Source: Salinispira sp. (GTDB lineage Bacteria > Spirochaetota > Spirochaetia > DSM-27196 > Salinispiraceae). Taken from it: a stretch of DNA of 64,000 nt. Numbering within the stretch: the stretch's first letter is position 1; every line of letters begins with the position of its first letter. Position numbers and translations under genes: made by a program. The stretch lies in NCBI GenBank assembly GCA_965602015.1, contig OZ271918.1:1664001-1728000 (forward strand). Reading direction: 5' to 3'. Below are positions 41,101-50,517 of the stretch, piece by piece. The notes beneath the pieces were generated by a model. It worked only from the letters and a program-made list of their open reading frames with translations. It was not told the DNA's origin and ran no database searches.

Positions 41101-41922
41101 TTACCAGGAGCCTTTACCTGCTTTGATTATTTCCCAGAGAAGAATCGATCCGGCACATGCCACATTCAGAGAGTTCACATTGCCGTCACCGGGAATCTTT
41201 ACCACAAAGTCACATAAATCCTTGATTGACCGGCTCATTCCCTTCGCTTCATTTCCCAACGCAAGCACTATCGGTAAGGGGTACTCCACATTCGAGGCAA
41301 TATTTTCCCCAGTTGAGTCAGATCCAATAAGCAATCCGGAAAATTTACTCCGAAAAAATGCGATCCATTGAACCAGCTCATCCAGCGACTGGATTTGATA
41401 GATCGGAGTATGAAAAACGCCGCCCAATGATGCTCTGATAACCTTGGAATCAAAGGGATCGACCCCATGTCCGAAAATAAGCACCCCGTCGACCCCAAAA
41501 CTATTTGCCGTACGAATGAGGGAGCCCAGATTGCCTTTATCACTCGGTCTGTCAACAAGTAAAAACACAGATTCGGGTCGAGTTATGTTTGTGGAGAATT
41601 CCCTGATGGGGTATAAAAAGGTTGCCAGCAGTTCAGAAGGCTCGCTGCGTTCACTCAGCTCATTGAATAGAAGTGCATCCATCTCAATGACATGCTCGAC
41701 AATCGAGGATTCAAGGATACCTTTTGCCCAATCACTCAAGGTTCTGTCTTTCTGATAAATCATCCGGGTGAACTGACAGCCTGCGGAAACAGCCTGCTTG
41801 AGGCTTTCTGTCCCTTCAATAAAGCCTTGTTTCAGCTTTGTTCTCTTGGATCGATTATTTTTTAACGATTCGATAATCTGAAATTCGGAATTTCTCGTAC
41901 TAATACGCAACAATCTGCTCAT
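41101..41922 (-). CDS. TrmH/SpoU RNA 2'-O-methyltransferase (AviRb/Tsr-like N-terminus)
   Basis: DRPSDKGNLGSLIR, GNEAKG, SLNVACA SPOUT motifs. Confidence 0.88.
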   Translation of the reverse strand: MSRLLRISTRNSEFQIIESLKNNRSKRTKLKQGFIEGTESLKQAVSAGCQFTRMIYQKDRTLSDWAKGILESSIVEHVIEMDALLFNELSERSEPSELLATFLYPIREFSTNITRPESVFLLVDRPSDKGNLGSLIRTANSFGVDGVLIFGHGVDPFDSKVIRASLGGVFHTPIYQIQSLDELVQWIAFFRSKFSGLLIGSDSTGENIASNVEYPLPIVLALGNEAKGMSRSIKDLCDFVVKIPGDGNVNSLNVACAGSILLWEIIKAGKGSW

Positions 41923-42161
41923 ATCTCCCCCTCTTATATCATATCATTTCTTTCAAAGTATCTAGGCTCTCCCAAAGATTATGATAAATAGCATGGTTTC
42001 CTTTATTGGGGCTAAATTGGAGTGTTACCATTCCATCACTCAGGAGTAGATGGAAGCTGCGGATTGTGCGACGCTCCCCCAAAAAACACAATTTTTATGA
42101 GCAAAATGATTATACTTATAGATGCAAATCCAAGTTCAGACGAGCTGAATCCGGAGGAAGT

Positions 42162-42869
42162 GTGGAAAATTTAACAGATGCAGTAATTATTGTCGCCGGT
42201 GGCACCGGGTATGTTGGCGAAGGTCTTGTTTCCAGTTTTCTGCGAGAGGGCGCTCGGGTTGTTGTGCCCTATCGCAATGAAAAAAAAGCCGATTCTCTTA
42301 AAGCCCGACTGGGACCTGAGCTTTTACAGAATTTGATTCTTTACCCTGCTGAGGTGAGCAATGAAAAAAGTATGGATAAGCTCGTGGATGACATAGTAAA
42401 GAAGTTTGGAGCAATTGATGGGGCAGTTGCTTCCCTCGGGGGATGGCATTACGGCTTCAGTCTTCATCGAATGCCCATGAAGGATTGGCAGCGTGTTGTT
42501 GAAGACAATCTGACTGCACATTTTGTTTTCATGAGCCCGGTAGTCGAACATTTTTATGCCCGGAACGCCGGTGAGTACATCATGATTAATGGCGGTGCCG
42601 CAGAGGTTCCAGCCCCTGAGGCAGGAGCCAACTCGGTTCTCGCCGCAGCCGAGAAAATGATGGCGCAAGTTCTTCGGGAAGAAGCCCATGGCACCAATGT
42701 GAATATCACCGCGGTAATCGCAACACAACCGATCAAAACCAGGGAACGCAAAATAGACAACATCGAAAATTGGCTCTCCGCAGAGGAAGTTGGGCAGTAT
42801 TGCTGTAGAGTAATGACCGGAACAGCAAATCCCAGGCAAGACGGCCTTCATTATCTGGGAACCCGCTGA
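42162..42869 (+). CDS. SDR family oxidoreductase
   Basis: AGGTGYVG Rossmann motif; GTG start after GGAGG. Confidence 0.8.
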   Translation: MENLTDAVIIVAGGTGYVGEGLVSSFLREGARVVVPYRNEKKADSLKARLGPELLQNLILYPAEVSNEKSMDKLVDDIVKKFGAIDGAVASLGGWHYGFSLHRMPMKDWQRVVEDNLTAHFVFMSPVVEHFYARNAGEYIMINGGAAEVPAPEAGANSVLAAAEKMMAQVLREEAHGTNVNITAVIATQPIKTRERKIDNIENWLSAEEVGQYCCRVMTGTANPRQDGLHYLGTR

Positions 42870-43080
42870 TAAACACTGTCGTAAGAATAATGTAGTCTGT
42901 CATCGTATTTTCAGGGCTGCAAATTACCGTGCCCTCGCAGCTTTCGGAATAGAAAATCGTGTACTGCGCAAATTTTTCTGAGTGATGGTATGAAAGCGGT
43001 GCCTCCCCCGAGATCCTGCCAGTCAGGGTCTATATTAAATACTGAACCGCCCCGGGAATCCCGGAGAGTGTTTTGTATGA

Positions 43081-43980
43081 CTACAGCCCGCTGGCTGCGT
43101 CTTGCAGTTGATCATAATATGCCTTCTCAAACTCTGCCGGAGGCATATATCCCAGGATTTCATAAATCCGTTTATTGTTGTACCAGCTTACCCATTCCAG
43201 CGTAGCAGCCTCAATAGCATCCAGGTTTTTCCACGGTCCTTTACGGTAGATCATTTCGGATTTGTACAGTCCGTTTATGGTTTCAGCCAGCGCGTTGTCA
43301 TATGAGCTGCCTACACTCCCAACAGATGGGGCAATGCCTTCTTCTGCTAAGCGGTCAGAATACCGGATTGACAGATACTGGCTCCCACGATCACTGTGGT
43401 GGATCAGCCCATTTTCAGGTTGCCTTGCCCACAGGGCTTGTTCCAGAGCATCCAGCGTCAGCTCTGCGCTCATGGACCTCGAGGCACGCCATCCGACGAT
43501 CATTCGTGAAAATACATCGATGATAAATGCCACATATACAAAACCCACCCAAGACGCGCAATAAGTGAAATCCGCCACCCACAGCTGATTCGGACGGTCG
43601 GCACTGAATTCCCTGTGCACCAAATCGAGCGGACGTTCATTTTTCGGGTCCGGTACTGTGGTTCGCACCTTGCGGCCTCGTATGACGCCTTTAAGCCCCA
43701 TGACAGCCATGAGACGGGCCACGGTACATCGTGCGATCTGGAATCCTTCTCGCTTCAGCTGGTGCCAGACCTTGCGAACGCCGTAAACCTCATAATTCTC
43801 ATCCCAAACCCTCTGGATCTCTGGCTTCAGGATTTCATCGCGCTTTACCCTTGCGGGAGCTGTTTCAGGGTGTTTTACTCGCTTTTTCTGTTCGTAGTAC
43901 ACCGAAGGAGCGATTGGCACCTGAGTACAAATCGGCTCGACCCCATAGTCATCGCGGTGTTCATCAATGAAGCAGACTAT
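43081..43980 (-). CDS. IS3 transposase OrfB
   Basis: YGVRKVW, WVADFTY, HSDRGSQY, DNALAE; -1 frame overlapping the orfA stop. Confidence 0.9.
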   Translation of the reverse strand: MVCFIDEHRDDYGVEPICTQVPIAPSVYYEQKKRVKHPETAPARVKRDEILKPEIQRVWDENYEVYGVRKVWHQLKREGFQIARCTVARLMAVMGLKGVIRGRKVRTTVPDPKNERPLDLVHREFSADRPNQLWVADFTYCASWVGFVYVAFIIDVFSRMIVGWRASRSMSAELTLDALEQALWARQPENGLIHHSDRGSQYLSIRYSDRLAEEGIAPSVGSVGSSYDNALAETINGLYKSEMIYRKGPWKNLDAIEAATLEWVSWYNNKRIYEILGYMPPAEFEKAYYDQLQDAASGL

Positions 43981-44303
43981 TTCTTGTGTTGGCGGTCGAG
44001 CTCCGCCTTCGCGAAATATGCGGAAGCCAGACGTAGAATCTCATTGGCTTTCTTGAGCTCCCGGTTCTCCCGCTCGAGCTCCTTGATTCGCTTCTTCTCG
44101 TCGGTTGTAAGTCCCTCCCGACTACCATTATCTTTCTCGGCTTGGCGAACCCACCGCCGTAACGTCTCTGCAGTACAGCCTATCTTTTCAGCTATCGACT
44201 CAATTGCGGCCCACTGAGAATCATATTCACCTTTGGCGGCGAATACCATGCGGATTGCCCGCTCCTTAACTTCCTCAGAAAACCTGCTGTTTTTCTTTAC
44301 CAT
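43977..44303 (-). CDS. IS3 transposase OrfA
   Basis: HTH plus LERENRELKKANEILR zipper. Confidence 0.9.
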   Translation of the reverse strand: MVKKNSRFSEEVKERAIRMVFAAKGEYDSQWAAIESIAEKIGCTAETLRRWVRQAEKDNGSREGLTTDEKKRIKELERENRELKKANEILRLASAYFAKAELDRQHKK

Positions 44304-44353
44304 GACTCCATCCTCTCACAAGATTTTGTCTCCGGTAAAGCCGGGGCGGTTCA

Positions 44354-45103
44354 CTTCAAAAAGCAGGCACACTGCCTACTGTGTGGATTCCACCAGGAGA
44401 ATTGCGTGATAAACGAGAACTCTATCGAACCCGGATGCAGTTCGTTCAGGAGTTGATACGTGAAAAGAACCAAATTCATGCCGGGTTCGAGAAATATGGG
44501 TTTCGATTCAATGATGTGAGCGATCTGTTCGGAAAAGCAGGTACAGAAGCCATGAAGAAGGTAATGCCAAAACTCCCCGAGCATACCCGCACCATGATGA
44601 AACTCAAGCTCGATAATCTCGCGTTTATTAAGCAATCTATCACCGACTGCGAACAACGAATGCATGAAGCGTTTGATGAAAATGCTGAAATGAAGTTGGT
44701 GAAATCCATTCCCGGGATCGGATTTATTCTCAGCGCAGTCATTGTGCATGAAATTGGAGACATACATCGCTTTAAGACCGCTGAACATTTTGCATCATAC
44801 TGTGGTACAACGCCGCGCGTTCACTCGAGCGGAGGTAAAACTCATTATGGTCGAACATCGAAAGCATGTAATCGATACTTGAAGTGGGCACTTACTGAAG
44901 CAGCTAATGTAACCTGTCTTAATCAAAGAAATTGGGCGAACCGACATACGGTAAAACTCTACAAGAGAGTTCGTACTAAACGTAATCATAAGGTTGCAAT
45001 AATCGCCGTGGCACGGCACTTAGCAGAAGCAATATTTTGGATATTGCAGAAAGAACAGCATTACAAAGATCCTGCATTAGCGGGTTTGTCCAGACAGGGG
45101 TAA
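44354..45103 (+). pseudogene. IS110 recombinase, N-terminal DEDD domain missing
   Basis: SIPGIG, FASYCG..P...SSGG, LKWALTEAA, AVARHLA. Confidence 0.88.
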
Positions 45104-45256
45104 GCGCGTTTTTGGGGCTACAGCGCGAATACGAGGCTGTGCAAAGTGATTGCGACACCCCTGGAAGGACATTTTCATGCCACGTGGATGGCGGAGATAT
45201 GACTCGGACAAAACCGATTTGCAGAATTTTTGTAATAGAACATTGAAAACTCTTGC
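45095..45256 (+). ncRNA. putative bridge/seek RNA of the IS1111-type element
   Basis: Stems CAGGGGT/ACCCCTG and ACAGC/GCTGT enclose segments matching the reconstructed target; further segments match the donor junction. Confidence 0.65.
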
Positions 45257-45479
45257 GGGGAGGCACCGCTTTCAGATATGCCCCTAAGCTTGTTGAATTT
45301 ATTAAGAGCTCGCAGGATACCGGGATTGAAACGGGAGTCCCGCACGAGATACGGAATAAAATTGCCTTGTTCAACAAGCTTCCGGGCAAGGTGTATTTAA
45401 CATAATTCTATGTCTCCCTTGACGCATATTTAATATTATCCTATTTATATATAAATTTTTAATTATATATGAGGAATAT

Positions 45480-45719
45480 ATGGCACGAATCATAATCGAC
45501 GTTCGAAGTGCAGCAGAATACAGTAACGGACATGTGGCCAGAAGCAGAAACCTTCCATTAGGACAACTCAGGAGTAAAATCTCAAAGTACGCACAGCGCT
45601 TAGATGAGATTTGGGTATGTTGCGCCAGCGGTAGCAGAAGTGGAACAGCCCGAAAGCAGCTATTAGAGATGGGGTATAAACGGGTCAAGGACATAGGACC
45701 CTGGACAAATCTAAAATAA
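45480..45719 (+). CDS. single-domain rhodanese-like protein
   Basis: IIDVRSAAEY..GH; CCASGSRS. Confidence 0.8.
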   Translation: MARIIIDVRSAAEYSNGHVARSRNLPLGQLRSKISKYAQRLDEIWVCCASGSRSGTARKQLLEMGYKRVKDIGPWTNLK

Positions 45720-45769
45720 TTACCATATGGATATATAGCGCCTTCAAGATGAGGAGCAAATCTAAGTCT

Positions 45770-46217
45770 GATACCAACACCCAGTACAACAATCTACCCA
45801 TTAAAGCGAATCTGCTGCGTGCATCGAATCGAGAAGGGATCGAAGATCGCTTCGAACCCGAAGCAGTTCGACAATCGATTCTCGCGGACAAGTATTTACT
45901 CGATCATTACGACCGAGCAATCCTTGATATTGAGTCGACAGTCATGCGCCAAGCAAAAGCGGATGATGCATACGCGCTCAACCTCCTGCGCTCAATTCCA
46001 GGCATTAGACCAGTACTCGCCCTTACTATTCTCTATGAAGTCGGTGATATAGAACACTTCCCCAAGGTCGGCAATTTCATCTCCTATTCTCGCCTGGTCA
46101 AAGGCGCTCATGAGTCAGCGGGAAAACGATCTAAGGGAGGACATAACAAGATCGGAAATGCACATCTGAAATGGGCATTCAGTGAAGCGGCAGTCTTACT
46201 CATCCGGGAGAGAGATG
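45770..46217 (+). pseudogene. internal fragment of a second IS110 recombinase
   Basis: SIPGI, FISYSRL, ESAGK, LKWAFSEAA; cut by an IS3 IR; left boundary approximate. Confidence 0.8.
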
Positions 46218-46239
46218 TGAACCGCCCCGGAAATCCCGG
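46218..46239. mobile_element. isolated IS3 terminal IR remnant
   Basis: TGAACCGCCCCGGAAATCCCGG, one mismatch to 43043-43064. Confidence 0.8.
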
Positions 46240-46442
46240 TGTAGACTGGCACATTAAATTGAGCAAACCGGCAAAGAAAATCTCAGAAACAGTTAAACAA
46301 TCTCTCAATCTGCTTAGGCAATAATTTACCCCTACCGAAATAAAAAAAAAGAGCAATGGGTCGAAAGTTTGGCGACTTCCCCATTGCTCTGACATCTCTC
46401 CCCAAGGGGAAAAACTAAACGTTATTTACTTGTCGGATAGAT

Positions 46443-46730
46443 TTGGAAAAAGTTCAAGAGGAAGGCAAGCAGTACTGCTGGAAAAAGCCAGGAAACTGTC
46501 CCGAATGCGGTAGCTGTAGACTGTGGGGGCATGGATTCGTCTTACGGAATTTCGTCGGGTTTTCTCTGGGTCTGTGGATGAAACGCTATCGATGCCCGGA
46601 CTGTTATGCTGTTCACACCTGCAGGCCAGATACTTTTCTACCGGGAATGCAATATCCTGTTCAAACTCAAATCTCCAGCCTGGAAGCAAAGCTTGCAGGA
46701 AAGCCGTTCCTTCAAACTGTGTCGAGGTAG
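46443..46730 (+). pseudogene. Zn-ribbon accessory ORF, likely prematurely stopped
   Basis: CPECG..WGHG..RYRCPDC; frame continues IQQHWW after TAG. Confidence 0.6.
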
Positions 46731-46936
46731 ATCCAGCAGCATTGGTGGAAGACATTTCTCAACCACTGCCGCCGTAGCGGCAACTGGACTGCCCCACATT
46801 CGGTTTTCCTCCGCAGGCAGAGCGATGATCAAATACCAGTAACAACCAGGCGAATATACCGTGAGATCTGGTCAGAAGCCTGTGTACCCTACCTGCCTTT
46901 TGCGCTGACAGTGAAACCGCGTCCATTTAGCCTTGA

Positions 46937-48253
46937 GTGAGAAAACGTATCACTCTCAAGGAGGAGAAAATGGACAGAGAAAAGAAAGAAAAGATCGCAG
47001 TATTCCGCTTCGGGGTCATCTTTCCGCTTGTGGAGAAAGACCTACACCAGTATTGGGGAGAGAAAGAGCGAATCCTGCGGGAGCTGGTCAGCAAGGAATG
47101 GGAGATTCCCTTTTCAAACCGAAACTACATCAGCAAGGCCACCATCCTGACCTGGGTAAAGCGCTACGAAGATGGCGGGCGGAAAATCGAAGCCTTGTTC
47201 CCCGAAAGCCGGGGAGACAAGGGGCGAATGAGAAGCATTACCGATGAGCAAATTGATGCGCTCATGCTGCTTCGAAAAGAGCATCCAAAACTCTCCACCC
47301 CGCGTCTGGTTGAAATTGCTCAAGGAAACGGCGTCTTTCCGTCCGGAAAAGAGGTCTCCATGGCCAGCATTTACCGGCTCATGAAGATCCGCAAAGCCCA
47401 ACGGGTCAAGGTCGAGTCTGACATGAGGAAGTTCGAGGTACAACTACCCAACGACCTGTGGCAGTCAGACTGCATGCACGGTCCGAAAGTTCTGCATGGC
47501 GGGAAACTGAGAAAGACCTATCTGTTTGCAATCATTGACGACCATTCAAGGCTCATTACCCATGGCCAGTTCTACCTGGCTGAAACACTGGAAAATTACC
47601 TGGACTGCTTATGGACGGCGTTACGCAAGCGGGGAGTTCCCCGAAAGCTCTATGTCGATAACGGGGCATCATTTAAGGCGCACAGGCTCCAGTTGGGATG
47701 TGCTTCGCTGGAAATCGGGCTGCGCTATGCACGGCCGTACCGACCCCAGGGAAAGGGCAAGATTGAACGGTTCTTTCGTACCGTACGTAGCCAGTTTATC
47801 CCCGAGCTTCCCGAAGAACTTCCCCTGGATGAGATCAACCGGCTGTTTCACCACTACATTGAAAACGGTTATCACCAGAGGATCCATGGCGGTACGGGGC
47901 AGAAGCCCCTGGAGCGTTACCTGCAGGATGCCCATGCCTTGCGAAAAGCGCCGGAGAACTTGCCTGAATACTTTCGAAAACGCGAGGAGCGAACGGTAAA
48001 CAACGACCGGACAGTGAAACTCGATGGCCGTTTGTATGAAGCTCCTGCAGGTTTGGTGGGCATGAAAGTCGTCCTGCGGTTTGAGAATTACGATCGGATT
48101 GAAGTCTTTCTCGAGAATCAGTCAAAGGGATTCTTAAGAGATCTGGATCAGGGAGTGAACAGCCGCATTAAGCGGGACGGCACGGGTCCGGTCATGCCGT
48201 CGGCTTCGGGGGGAGCTCTTTTTGAAAAGCTGGGCTCAAAGGCAGGTAGCTAA
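46937..48253 (+). CDS. DDE transposase/integrase with Mu-transposase-like C-terminus
   Basis: WQSD, IIDDHSR, YVDNG, PQGKGKIERFF. Confidence 0.9.
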   Translation: MRKRITLKEEKMDREKKEKIAVFRFGVIFPLVEKDLHQYWGEKERILRELVSKEWEIPFSNRNYISKATILTWVKRYEDGGRKIEALFPESRGDKGRMRSITDEQIDALMLLRKEHPKLSTPRLVEIAQGNGVFPSGKEVSMASIYRLMKIRKAQRVKVESDMRKFEVQLPNDLWQSDCMHGPKVLHGGKLRKTYLFAIIDDHSRLITHGQFYLAETLENYLDCLWTALRKRGVPRKLYVDNGASFKAHRLQLGCASLEIGLRYARPYRPQGKGKIERFFRTVRSQFIPELPEELPLDEINRLFHHYIENGYHQRIHGGTGQKPLERYLQDAHALRKAPENLPEYFRKREERTVNNDRTVKLDGRLYEAPAGLVGMKVVLRFENYDRIEVFLENQSKGFLRDLDQGVNSRIKRDGTGPVMPSASGGALFEKLGSKAGS

Positions 48254-49059
48254 TGGATACGCTGCGCCACCACTTTGGATTCCGGCACAACCCGTTCCCG
48301 CAGAATGTAGCGGTAAAGGACCTGTACCCCTTACCGGCATTGGAACCCCTGCAGAAGCGGGTGTTCTTTGCCCTGGAGCAGAAAGCCATTGCCGTCATCA
48401 CCGGAGATGTGGGGTCGGGAAAGTCTACGTCATTGCGCTATGTCTCAAGCAAATGCCATTCGAGTGAGTATGAACTGATTACCATTGTCGGCGGGAACTT
48501 CTCACCCATGGAACTGTACCGGCAGATCCTGCTCACTTTCGGCATGAGCTATATGTCGTTCCAGGTATCGATCATGATCTCGAAGATCCGGGAGCTTATT
48601 CTGGAAATTGCATCCCGCAATGTCATCCCGGTGCTGGTAATCGATGAGGCTCATCTGCTGAAACGGTCAGTGTTTACCCAGCTGCATACCCTTGCTCAGT
48701 TTGAATTCGATTCCAAACCGGTCATGCCGATGATTCTCTGCGGTCAGGATTTCCTGCTCGATCATCTGATGGCTAACTCAGTTCGGCCTCTGGCGTCCCG
48801 GGTGCTGGGCAAGAATCATCTGGAGTCTATTAAGAAGGAGGTGATGGAAGATTACCTGAATCATCACATCACCCTGGCCGGGGGAACAAAGAAAGCATTC
48901 AGTGATGAGGCGATCTTTGCCATTCATCAGGGATCCGGTGGTCTCTTGCGGAAAGCCAACTCCCTGGCGAAAACGGCTCTCCTTGCCTGCGCCGGAGATG
49001 GTGGACAGACTGTTTCTGCAGAACACGTCCGGGTCGCTTCCACCGAGATTTTTATGTAA
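48253..49059 (+). CDS. ExeA-family AAA ATPase
   Basis: GDVGSGKST, VIDEAH, ILCGQ; TAATG coupling to the transposase. Confidence 0.9.
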   Translation: MDTLRHHFGFRHNPFPQNVAVKDLYPLPALEPLQKRVFFALEQKAIAVITGDVGSGKSTSLRYVSSKCHSSEYELITIVGGNFSPMELYRQILLTFGMSYMSFQVSIMISKIRELILEIASRNVIPVLVIDEAHLLKRSVFTQLHTLAQFEFDSKPVMPMILCGQDFLLDHLMANSVRPLASRVLGKNHLESIKKEVMEDYLNHHITLAGGTKKAFSDEAIFAIHQGSGGLLRKANSLAKTALLACAGDGGQTVSAEHVRVASTEIFM

Positions 49060-49168
49060 ATGCTGCCCCTGCCGCGAATGCGGCAGGGGGTACCCTTCGT
49101 CAGTTTTACTTGTAAAATTGTTTGTCTGTACGTGCGAGGGTTAGGCTAATTTAATGTGCGAAGCTACA

Positions 49169-50058
49169 CACATTGCGGTAGTAGTGAACAACACACCGTT
49201 GCCAACGGGCTTTCGGAAAAAACTCCTTGATGGATTCTACAAGTCCAATGCATTTATCAGTGATAAATAGCTGACTATCCTTCAATCCACGAGCTTTCAG
49301 ATGGGTCAAGAAATTGCTCCAACCGGCTTTATCTTCCTTTTCACCTTCAACAATGCCCAATACGCTGCGATATCCGCTCTCTGAGACACCGATTGCCACC
49401 AGGATACTGACATTTCGCACTTCACCGGCCCAGGAGCGCTTGAGAATTGTACCGTCCAGGTAGACATAGGGATAGTCTTCGGTTAGCGGCTTATTGCGCC
49501 AGGCATCGATTTTCTCGTAGATCTCTTGATTGAGATTGCTGATTGTTGAGGGACTTACTTTGGTTCCCCAGAGCGCTTCGGTGATATCTTCTACCCGGCG
49601 GACGGAAACCCCGGCAAGATACATTTCTACCAACGCTTCCTCGACAGAAGTTTCCCGGCGCTTGTAGCGCTCGATTATTGCAGTTTCGAAGGGCAAGTTT
49701 CGAAGCTTGGGAACTTTGAGCTCGACTCGACCGGCGGTAGTATCGAGCTTTCGCTTGTAGTGCCCGGCTCGGGTGTCTTTGCGCGCATCTGTGCGCTCGT
49801 ACTTTTCTGCCTGGATCAGCCGATCGGCTTCTGCATCGAGCATGGCATTCAGAGTTTCTTCGACGGTTTCTTTGACCATCTGGGTTACCTGACTCTGTAC
49901 GAGACCCTCATCAATTTGTATGATCCTCCGAGTGGGATCGTTCTTCGGTTCCATTCTGTCCTCCTGGTTGAATGGTCTTGTGGTGATTCCATTTCAGCAT
50001 TGGAGGACATTTTTTTTCAATATCTTTTTTGAATGTGCGAAATTTTTTGGACGCTATC
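49169..50058 (-). mobile_element. truncated second IS256-family element (transposase 5' part from 49954)
   Basis: IR GATAGCGTCCAAAAAATTTCGCAC at 50058; GVSVRR, YLDG, WQRCVVH, then cut by the TGT..ACA element. Confidence 0.88.
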
Positions 50059-50496
50059 TCGCCATAGCGGGGCGTCGTGTTCTAATGGAAGAAAAACATG
50101 CGGCATTGCGACCGCCGAATATTTCCATTGTAGGATGCCCGTTTCGCTGAATCCCTTGTCCTTGATTGGTGAGCTGTCCTGTGTCCTTTTATAAATACGA
50201 AGTGTGCCGTTGGTCATTTGCTTGTCTGACCGTTTAAGAACCTGCATATGTAACTGAGGCAAGGCATCTGCCTTCGACCTCCTCTTTTGAATCAGGCTGA
50301 AACGGATACTGAATTAATTCTACGGCTGGCAATGACTGCCTGATCGTCTATATGTGTTTGGTGCAGACAAGTTCTGCTACCCAGGGAAGAATAATCCCCT
50401 CAGACAATGAATGACTTTCGGCACAGGTCGTCAGCAATCTGCTGTGGAAACGGAAATTTTTCGGGGCCGGGTTAGAAACGTCCCTTGACGTCGGGG

Positions 50497-50517
50497 GGCC
50501 TTATATGTGTTATATTG
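50497..50517 (+). other. array-terminal recombination junction, attI-like candidate
   Basis: GGCCTTATATGTG|TTATATTG: cassette-1 end present but no attC body to its left. Confidence 0.45.

Larger units (their letters stand above)
43043..44353 (-). mobile_element. IS3 family (IS51-like) element
   Basis: IRs TGAACCGCCCCGG / CCGGGGCGGTTCA; orfA+orfB; no matching TSD. Confidence 0.92.
42985..45279 (+). mobile_element. IS110 family, IS1111-type element (5' part replaced by IS3)
   Basis: 18-bp subterminal IRs TGAAAGCGGTGCCTCCCC (42991-43008) / GGGGAGGCACCGCTTTCA (45257-45274); AT(G) core at both ends; non-coding region 3' of transposase. Confidence 0.8.
46240..49168 (+). mobile_element. three-gene TGT..ACA element (Zn-ribbon ORF + Mu/IS481-like DDE transposase + ExeA-type ATPase)
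   Basis: Ends TGTAGACTGGCACATTAAATT / AATTTAATGTGCGAAGCTACA; no TSD. Confidence 0.8.

Noticed and set aside
48253..49059. ExeA as part of a type II secretion system
   Set aside because: It is coupled to a transposase inside IRs, with no other secretion genes nearby.
50059..50508. intI remnant or group IIC-attC intron at the array end
   Set aside because: No tyrosine-recombinase motifs in the frames I read; no intron domain V or AY 3' end, and no RT ORF.
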